Position numbers and translations under genes: made by a program
Shown here: one piece after another, positions 46,886 to 53,896 of the stretch
Position numbering within the stretch: the stretch's first letter is position 1
How the letters are laid out: each line of letters starts with the position of its first letter
IMG/VR virus record: IMGVR_UViG_3300032242_002545
Span: 1-53,896 of that record
Reading direction: 5' to 3' (one strand)
Length of the DNA: 53,896 nucleotides
Source of the DNA: a virus
Lineage: Duplodnaviria; Caudoviricetes
The notes under the pieces: model-generated
Databases searched by the model: none
Told to the model about the DNA's origin: nothing
What the model saw: the letters and a program-made list of their open reading frames with translations, nothing else

Positions 46886-48178
46886 TTATTCTATATCATT
46901 TATACCTAAGTCATCAAAGCTAAAACCATCGCTATCACCTTCATCAGTATCTTTGGTTCCGAATATTTCATCGAATGAATAACTAGATTTTGGTTGGGTA
47001 GCATCTTCTGGACTTCCAACTTCATCAATCTTTTTCATCGCAGAATTAAATTCGTCTTCTTGAAGACCAGCCTTAACATCGTTAAGTATTTCTTTTACTA
47101 TCTTTTTACCTTCTTTCGTACCAGCCATTATCTCGCGCATCTTAGCGTTGAATTCTTTTACTGGCAAAGCCGCTAATTCAGCATATACATGATGCTTAAG
47201 ACCAAAGTCATCAGCACCGACAGCTTCGGTAAATCGCTCCCAGAGGCCTGGCCCCAGACGCATATCCCATGGTTCAGCGGACAAAAAGTCAGCCTTATTT
47301 ATTACGTATTCACCTATTCTTTTGTTTTTAGGTAAACCGTGAGCTGATATCAACTCCATAACACCTTTAACCAATTCATGGATAAGAACAGGGAAAACCA
47401 TTGCTTGTGCGTATATCACAGCTTTAGGGTTTGATTCGGTAGGGAACTGAACCCTAACAACGCCACCACTAACACCATTTTCCATTTCTGGCATGATATA
47501 ATACATGTAGTCAGCAGCTGACATCATTTTTGAATACTTATTTGGAAGTCTTGGGTCAAGTTCCATCAATTCTTCATCAACCATATGAAACATATGGTTT
47601 GTTTTTTTAGCAGCACCTTGAATCATGGCGTTCAAAAACCTACGCTTGTAGACTTCATCTTTTGCATTTACCATTTCTTCGTGATTTTTGAACTGAGTTT
47701 CGGTAGTCATCGGCTTAGCATTCTTCTTGGTACCTTCCATGTTAATATTCGGTGTCAATTCAGCGTGTATCTCAACAACATCTTTGCTCATATCAAATTC
47801 TTCACGAATCATTTCTTCAGCCAATTTTTCGAGAGCTTTTTTGTGGTTAGCTTCCAATTTCATAGCTTCTGTCACCATTGGCATCATTTCTGACATCACC
47901 TTACGATTATCGATTGACTCGCTATCGTAAGCTCTTTTAAGTCTATTTACAACTTCGCTAAAACGCTTACCCATGATTTTTTGTTCAAAGGTTGTTTCGT
48001 CACTTTCTGGAAATATAGGGTGAGCACCAAGAGAATGCGAACGATTAATCAAATCCTCTTCCAATTTTGGATGCATTCTTTCGGTTAGTCCTTCTGGATA
48101 AACTACGCTTTCATTAAGTCTCTTGCCTTGTTTCGATTTTTTCAAAGCGGCCTCGGCTATTTTTCTGTAATCGCTCAT
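46886..48178 (-). CDS. Hypothetical protein, likely head-associated
   Basis: 430 aa with an N-terminal RLNE motif and LIHELVKG. Confidence 0.8.
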   Translation of the reverse strand: MSDYRKIAEAALKKSKQGKRLNESVVYPEGLTERMHPKLEEDLINRSHSLGAHPIFPESDETTFEQKIMGKRFSEVVNRLKRAYDSESIDNRKVMSEMMPMVTEAMKLEANHKKALEKLAEEMIREEFDMSKDVVEIHAELTPNINMEGTKKNAKPMTTETQFKNHEEMVNAKDEVYKRRFLNAMIQGAAKKTNHMFHMVDEELMELDPRLPNKYSKMMSAADYMYYIMPEMENGVSGGVVRVQFPTESNPKAVIYAQAMVFPVLIHELVKGVMELISAHGLPKNKRIGEYVINKADFLSAEPWDMRLGPGLWERFTEAVGADDFGLKHHVYAELAALPVKEFNAKMREIMAGTKEGKKIVKEILNDVKAGLQEDEFNSAMKKIDEVGSPEDATQPKSSYSFDEIFGTKDTDEGDSDGFSFDDLGINDIE

Positions 48179-49146
48179 TTTATGTCTTTTACTTTTATTA
48201 CTTTAATTACGTTTTCTGTTACTTGTTGTGCTTGTTGCTGTGGTTGTGCTTGTTGCTTGGCCAAATCCTTCAAGTTATTAATCAATTGCGGTAATTGATT
48301 TCTTTTTACACCAACCAATTCAGCAAATGCTGCAATAACTTCTCTTTGAGCAACTGGAGTCTTAATAGTACCAATGATGTTATTTATTCTGCTATTTGAT
48401 TTGATAACATCCATTAGCTTTTGCGCCTTTGCGTTCATCTCTTCATCAGACTCAACACCAGTTGGCATAACTTCTTTAAGGCTTCTGTGCTTAGAACCAA
48501 ATAGTCTTTCAGCCACGTGTTTTTTGAACTGAGGAAGATTCATATAGCTCTCATCTTCGGTCATATTAGCTTTAGCCAATTCTTCTATTGATTTAAACTT
48601 TCTAACCTTTCCGTTTTTCTTGTTTATGATATAGTGCTTAAATTCGCTTAGATTAGAAGCCTTTTCTGGTATTGGTTGAATGTCTTGACCCATAGGTGCC
48701 GCCATAGCTTCTTTCATTGGTCTTGCTATGGTTTCTTCGAAGTGGTCCACTGGGTGAATAATATTCTCGCCAGATTCATTCAAGTCATCAAAACAATATA
48801 CACCCATAACAACTTCTCTGTTTGGAGTTATACCTCTAACCATTTGATACTTCTTATTAGCTATTTCAAATGGCTTAGATACTTCACCAGTTTCACCATC
48901 AACAACATTTGATAAGTACTTTATAGTTTCTTTATCTTGAGGCTTGATTACTGCTTCTGGTTGTTCAGTCATAGTTGGAAAACCGCCACTAGTACCGCCA
49001 CCTTTTGCGGTAACGTTAAGCTTAACTTTTTTTTGTTGTTGTAGTTTTTTTAACGCATCTAAGTCACCAGTTGGCATCTTTTCTATGTCTTTAAGACCAA
49101 GATTTAGACTTAGTGAATTATCCTCGTTTATGTTTTTATTCTTCAT
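48175..49146 (-). CDS. Hypothetical protein, likely head-associated
   Basis: 323 aa with INE, LNE, LKE and VTE motifs. Confidence 0.75.
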   Translation of the reverse strand: MKNKNINEDNSLSLNLGLKDIEKMPTGDLDALKKLQQQKKVKLNVTAKGGGTSGGFPTMTEQPEAVIKPQDKETIKYLSNVVDGETGEVSKPFEIANKKYQMVRGITPNREVVMGVYCFDDLNESGENIIHPVDHFEETIARPMKEAMAAPMGQDIQPIPEKASNLSEFKHYIINKKNGKVRKFKSIEELAKANMTEDESYMNLPQFKKHVAERLFGSKHRSLKEVMPTGVESDEEMNAKAQKLMDVIKSNSRINNIIGTIKTPVAQREVIAAFAELVGVKRNQLPQLINNLKDLAKQQAQPQQQAQQVTENVIKVIKVKDIK

Positions 49147-49543
49147 GATATTGTTTATTATAGATTAGTGTTAGGTCTTTTTCATAAAGCTTGTCTGAAA
49201 CGATTTGTAACGAGTCTCCAAATCTAAAACATAGTCTTTTATCTGGATACGCATCATATGCGTTTATGTTCTCCCAAGCCAAGGCTATTACACCATCAAC
49301 GGCATCCCAAACAGCGAAGGTATCGCTATTTTGAACCACATCAAGCTTTAGTGATGACTCCAAACGACCAACTTTTTTTATAAATTCGTCATGAGGAGCT
49401 TCTGGTCGGCCTGAAGCTGGGAACGTATCCCATTCATTACCGTCAATATTTTTGGTCGTATCAGAAAAGATAAACTCATAAAGGTAATTACCTTCATAGT
49501 TTTTTCCAATCATATTAACGTATACCAAAAATAACTTATCCAT
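49136..49543 (-). CDS. Hypothetical protein
   Basis: 135-aa ORF overlapping both neighbours. Confidence 0.75.
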   Translation of the reverse strand: MDKLFLVYVNMIGKNYEGNYLYEFIFSDTTKNIDGNEWDTFPASGRPEAPHDEFIKKVGRLESSLKLDVVQNSDTFAVWDAVDGVIALAWENINAYDAYPDKRLCFRFGDSLQIVSDKLYEKDLTLIYNKQYHEE

Positions 49544-51611
49544 TACTTACTAGCTTTTGGGTTTGGTTGAACCTTAGGTGTTGGTAAAAATGGCTTATCC
49601 TTTCTACTTGGCGTTGCTGGTGCTTCCTTTGGCTTAGTTGTTGGCTTTACAACTGGTGCGGTTTCGGTATCTCTAAATGTTTCTCTAAGCATATTCTTAA
49701 TCTTGTTTTTATTTTCAAATATACTATTATTTTCCGAATTATTCAAGTCCTCTACTATTTTTGATACTGGTTTTCTTGACCACATTCTGCATGACCAATA
49801 CTTAGGTGTTGTTCTATCCTTAGCTTGAGAACACTTATGTCTCGCTCTGAATGATTTTCTTCTTTCTGGATTATCTCTCTTGATTTCCATGTTAGGGTCA
49901 CCAAAGTTAACCTTCACAACTTTACCAGCACTATTTTTAACATAAACCTTGAACTTCTTAACGTCACCTTTAGTAGGTTTACCTAGCTTTACTTCTCTTC
50001 CATGATATTCAGCTTCGCTCATAGATATGTTTTCTACACTACCGTATTCATCGCTATAACCACCTTGTGTTTCGCCATCGTAAACATCCAATTCCGTTTC
50101 TAATAAATGATATACGTGTTCAATCATTTCTCTAATCTTAGAAATATTATTGATTGCCCATCCATGACCGTTAACTAACAATTCATCTATTTTTTGGTGG
50201 TCCATTTCTAGTATTCTACCACTAGCGTGGTTAATCACTTTAAGGTCTCTCCAAAACATATAGTTGTTTGTTTCGTTCTTTAGATTTACGTTTTCATCTA
50301 TCATGTCTTCCATAAAATGGTAAACCTCTTCCATTGATTCAGCGGCTCTTGCGATGTGGTCCAAAGCCCAAGCATTACCATCTGATAGTACCGTATCAAC
50401 GTGGTTAAAGCTCATATGAAGAATTTGACTTGCATCTTCATGTATTCCTTTCATGTTTGACCAAAACATATAGGTTTGATTCTCATTCATTTGATTTGTT
50501 TCTTTTAAATTATGTAACTCATTATTATTAGATTCATTTGCGGATTTTTTACCCCATGAATCACCTTTTCCTTTTGTCTTACAAGCACTAGGTGTTGGTC
50601 TACATGAAGGATAAGACCTGTGTTCACCTTCTTTTCTACCACAAGGCTTGCATTTACCATCTCTACATGTATTGCAGTCTACCCAGCCTTTGCTACCTTC
50701 ACCACCTCTTCTGGTAAACCAACCATGAAGACCGCTTTCTTTTTCTTTTGAAAAGTCAGTCTTTTTAGCTGTTTCTTCTACTGATTCATCATGTTTTTTT
50801 CTACCTTGGCAGTGTGCTTTTTGACTGAAGCCTTTTGGGTTATTGCAGTCAATACTTCTCTTGTATTTTTCTGACCACTTTTCATCCAATTGTTCGTCAG
50901 TCATGCTCTTATAGTCACCTAGTTCTTTTAGGTCCTCTTCTTTAAGACCTTTCCAAATCTTACCTTTTCTACACTTAACAACAGCACCAGACGCATAAGC
51001 AGATGGCCAAACATCATATTTTCTTTTTGCTATGTTTGTGCATCTGTCTTCATCAAGTATATCGTTTGAACCCTCTTGAAACATATTATTTTTCTTAGGG
51101 TCGACAAATAAATTATCCATGTTTTCGTAAATATACAATTCATCCAAGCCTTCTTCATCAGATGGTTCAGATTCTGGTGCTGGTTCTTTACTAGGTGTTT
51201 CACCGCTTTCTGGGGCAACATCTTCATCACCTTGACCAACTTTCTTAACTTTGCTTATGATATCTTTTTGGTCTTCAGCATCCATTTCACCAGTATGCGT
51301 TGCTGACAATAAAGAGTTAATTGCGAACTTTTCTAGCTCGAAGTCTGGCTGTCCTTGTTCGTCAGTATATTTTCTTAGGGATTGTCCTAATTTACCTGTA
51401 AGTTGTTCTATGAATTTTTTTGGGTCTGATTCTTCATCAGCCTCTACACCAGCATCAAATGGCTCGTCATCAAACGGCTTATCATTAGCTGGCGGTGTTT
51501 TAGCTTCTGGCTCAGGCATTGGAGCAGCCTCTGGAGCAGCCGCTGGAGTTGGAGCAGCAGGTTCTGGTGAACCTGCAACTTTCAACTTATATTTTGTGTC
51601 TTCAATTAGAC
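49543..51611 (-). CDS. Multi-module protein, probably the -1 frameshift extension of 51606..52454 (fusion ~970 aa)
   Basis: The track start is a TTG; the frame is open back to the A10 run (…KKK-SLIEDTKYKLKVAGSPEP…). Confidence 0.7.
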
Positions 51612-52454
51612 TTTTTTTTTTGAGCTTTCGTTTACGCTATATTCTTTTCCGTCTACGCTAAACTTAGACTTACCAGCCTCTTTAGCTTTTGCTAATTCTC
51701 CAGAAAATTTGTTACCCTCACCTATTTCTTTTTCCATCTTTGAAGGTTCAATCATTTCATCGATAGCTTTTTCGTATTCAGTCATGTGTGGCTCTTCTTC
51801 CATGTATCCGCATTCAGCCATCCAACCTTCTTCGGTCATAGACTCATCCATACGCATTTTCTTCTTAACGTCCATAACGCAAGATTCGTATTTTTCTGAA
51901 TTTCTACCAACACTAGCTGTGCAAATAGCCCATGGGTTTTTTGCTTTACCTTCTTCCATCCAGTTTTCTTCCATCCAAGTCTCTTCCATTGGTCTGTTGT
52001 TCTCAAGATTGCCATGACCACTAAAGCCATTACCTTTCATTTCAGAGAATCCACCAGCCATTGGCATAGATTCGTTCAATAGGTTATCGTTTAAGAATAC
52101 ATTGATTTCGCCTTCGAAGTCATAGGCTTCAGCAAGACTTCTGAACTTAAGATTTAAGTGCTTCAAAGCATTTGCATATGAAGGATAAACTTCAGATTTT
52201 TTGTTTTGTAGACCTCCGATATACTTGAAGTCTTCAGCAACTAAATTAGCTGTCTTATCAGCTTTTTTGATGTACCATTCGTGGTTTTCTCTTATGATTG
52301 CATAAGCTTTTCCATCTGGACCCATCTTGGTTGTTTCAACAACTATCTTAGATTTATTTTCATTGATAGATTGTATTCCCATCAATTCTTTCATACGTTC
52401 GGTAATCTGGTTACCTTTAAGCCCTAGTGGGTTGATTAATACTTGTTTTTTCAT
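51606..52454 (-). CDS. Putative head-internal protein (282 aa) ending at a slippery site
   Basis: Late motif at 52469-52477; INE/LNE/MEE motifs; ends TCA AAA AAA AAA GTC TAA. Confidence 0.8.
   Translation of the reverse strand: MKKQVLINPLGLKGNQITERMKELMGIQSINENKSKIVVETTKMGPDGKAYAIIRENHEWYIKKADKTANLVAEDFKYIGGLQNKKSEVYPSYANALKHLNLKFRSLAEAYDFEGEINVFLNDNLLNESMPMAGGFSEMKGNGFSGHGNLENNRPMEETWMEENWMEEGKAKNPWAICTASVGRNSEKYESCVMDVKKKMRMDESMTEEGWMAECGYMEEEPHMTEYEKAIDEMIEPSKMEKEIGEGNKFSGELAKAKEAGKSKFSVDGKEYSVNESSKKKV
51611..51621 (-). other. Putative -1 frameshift or transcriptional slippage site (A10G)
   Basis: Ten T on the plus strand at 51612-51621; downstream hairpin core gcaggttc-acca-gaacctgc at 51557-51576. 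Confidence 0.6.
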
Positions 52455-52494
52455 CCTAAGTTTTTTTATATAAATATAAGCGTTTTATTGAAAA

Positions 52495-52740
52495 TTAATA
52501 CATGTTTGTCGAACCTTGGAATACATTTTGATTATCACCCAATAAGTAACAACCTGTACCTCCACTTATGCTTCTTACCCAAATCTTTATATTTGTACAG
52601 CCAGCTACTTGTACTAGTGTTCCATTAAGAACCATCGTACAACCACTAGCTCCACCATATACTTCGTTATAAGTATGTGCGGTGAAGTTTGGTGCATCGG
52701 CAGAAACTATTATGCTATGTATGTCGGTTATATTTGCCAT
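52495..52740 (-). CDS. Small hypothetical virion protein
   Basis: 81 aa, beta/Gly-rich; late motif at 52757-52765. Confidence 0.7.
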   Translation of the reverse strand: MANITDIHSIIVSADAPNFTAHTYNEVYGGASGCTMVLNGTLVQVAGCTNIKIWVRSISGGTGCYLLGDNQNVFQGSTNMY

Positions 52741-52775
52741 GTTTATCTTTTTACCTTATAAATATCGCTTAAAAT

Positions 52776-52799
52776 AAAAAAAGCACCTATTAGGTGCTT
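52776..52799 (-). terminator. Rho-independent terminator
   Basis: aagcaccta-a-taggtgctt followed by a T-run on the minus strand. Confidence 0.75.
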
Positions 52800-52803
52800 A
52801 TAT

Positions 52804-53895
52804 TTATTGTTTTGTGTAAAGAATCTTTCGACCCACTCCATTGATTACTTCGATATAAAACTTGTATGGTAATAACTCGTGTTCTTGTATTCCTAATAGA
52901 TTATAGTATTTCACATCTGTATCATTGGTTATTGATATGATATCAGAATAAGCATACTGGCCGTCTATATCCACTTGCTTTAACCTGTAGTAGTTGCTTC
53001 CTTGTATCGGCAAAGCATCTATAAAAGAATACTCTGTTTGACTTGTTGTAGTACCCATTCCCTTAACGATTCCTATGCTTGACCAATTTAACGCAGAATC
53101 GGCCCTTTCCACCTCAAATCTATCGTTATCTATCTCTGATGCTGTTACCCAGTATAAAACGTTCTTATTGCCGTATTTTTGCCCGTAAAATGCCGTTAGC
53201 TTAACTGGTAGTTCTGTGGCTATCGATAACGTTCCAGAACTTGAATAAGCAACGCAAGGCGAATTTGTTGAAGCTATTCTATAACGATAACCGTTTATTC
53301 CATGATTTGCTGGATAAATCTTCAAGGTATCCCCACGAGTTGAATAGGGCGAAGCTATCGTTAAGCTAGACCAACTTGACCCTCCATTGGTTGAAACCTG
53401 CCAAACAAATGGATAATTTGCGTGAGCTATAAACCAATAAGTTGTGCCAACATGTACCGCAGTAACATTTGATGGATTTATACTAATCGTTGGCATAGAA
53501 TTTATAACCACCGAAAAGGTATCGGTCTTTGACCATACGCTTGTACAGCCAGCTACCACCGAAACCGTTCTTGCGTAGTATGTTCCAGACGATGAAATGG
53601 TTGTTGATACGCTTTTGCTGGTATCTCCAGAATTTAATTCGATATACGAGTTAGATGGAAGGCTTATAACGCTTGACGTACAAGCTGGGGTCGTATATGT
53701 TGGTGTAGGCATCGTTGGTACCAAACATCCGACCAACTTTATATCATCAATACGAACAGTATTGGTTGACGAGGTTGAGGCATATCTAAAACGAATTCTA
53801 AGATTTGCTGTTGATGGAATTGAACCAGACGCTGTTAAATACTGCCAAACGCTTGCAGTACCAGTACCAGTACTTGGTGACATCGTAAGAGATGT
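52804..53895 (-). CDS. Ig/FN3-domain protein resembling Bacteroidota T9SS-secreted proteins, 5'-partial
   Basis: LPVKLTAF...LYWVTASEIDNDRFEVER...NYYRLKQVDIDG.YAYS, then a YYNLLG...RKI tail; the frame stays open to the window end. Confidence 0.75.
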   Translation of the reverse strand, partial: TSLTMSPSTGTGTASVWQYLTASGSIPSTANLRIRFRYASTSSTNTVRIDDIKLVGCLVPTMPTPTYTTPACTSSVISLPSNSYIELNSGDTSKSVSTTISSSGTYYARTVSVVAGCTSVWSKTDTFSVVINSMPTISINPSNVTAVHVGTTYWFIAHANYPFVWQVSTNGGSSWSSLTIASPYSTRGDTLKIYPANHGINGYRYRIASTNSPCVAYSSSGTLSIATELPVKLTAFYGQKYGNKNVLYWVTASEIDNDRFEVERADSALNWSSIGIVKGMGTTTSQTEYSFIDALPIQGSNYYRLKQVDIDGQYAYSDIISITNDTDVKYYNLLGIQEHELLPYKFYIEVINGVGRKILYTKQ

Positions 53896-53896
53896 C

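Noticed and set aside
51251-52017. Plus-strand ORFs of 136 and 102 aa
   Set aside because: Antisense shadows of acidic or Pro-rich minus-strand genes.
1-53896. Alternative genetic code (stop-codon reassignment), as in some large phages
   Set aside because: Long genes are intact in the standard code, and TAG and TGA both serve as genuine stops (e.g. 16754, 30419, 9775).

Overview
This window is part of a large, AT-rich, T4-like (myovirus/jumbo-type) phage genome, probably infecting a Bacteroidota host. That inference rests on A-rich start regions without Shine-Dalgarno motifs, TAnnTTTG promoter elements and a protein resembling T9SS cargo. The minus strand from 36985 to 53896 is a head module: major capsid protein, scaffold, prohead protease, portal, large terminase and many acidic putative head proteins. 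Positions 1-3781 (minus) encode virion/tail-fibre proteins. The plus strand from 3844 to 36914 carries putative head-internal proteins including a WYL-domain protein, nucleotide metabolism genes (HD protein, dUTPase, GMP reductase/IMPDH-like, PhoH), a ~14 kb glycosylation cassette (Gmd, four fucosyltransferase-like genes, a short DegT), a free-standing endonuclease on the opposite strand, a gp55-like late sigma factor and baseplate genes. Most notable observations: (1) an A10 slippery site that would fuse a 282-aa head protein to a 680-aa chain of small domains separated by putative prohead-protease sites; (2) a late-promoter motif, ATATTTAT, found 14 times and oriented as the reverse complement of T4's TATAAATA; (3) a recurrent [S/T]GxT motif in virion proteins that could be the acceptor sequon for the phage glycosyltransferases; (4) an endonuclease insertion that left a stub of its target gene and a recoded replacement start; (5) a multi-hairpin leader and end-pairing repeats around a 284-aa gene. 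Functional calls come from motifs recognised by eye; no searches were run. No tRNA, rRNA or CRISPR array was recognised.
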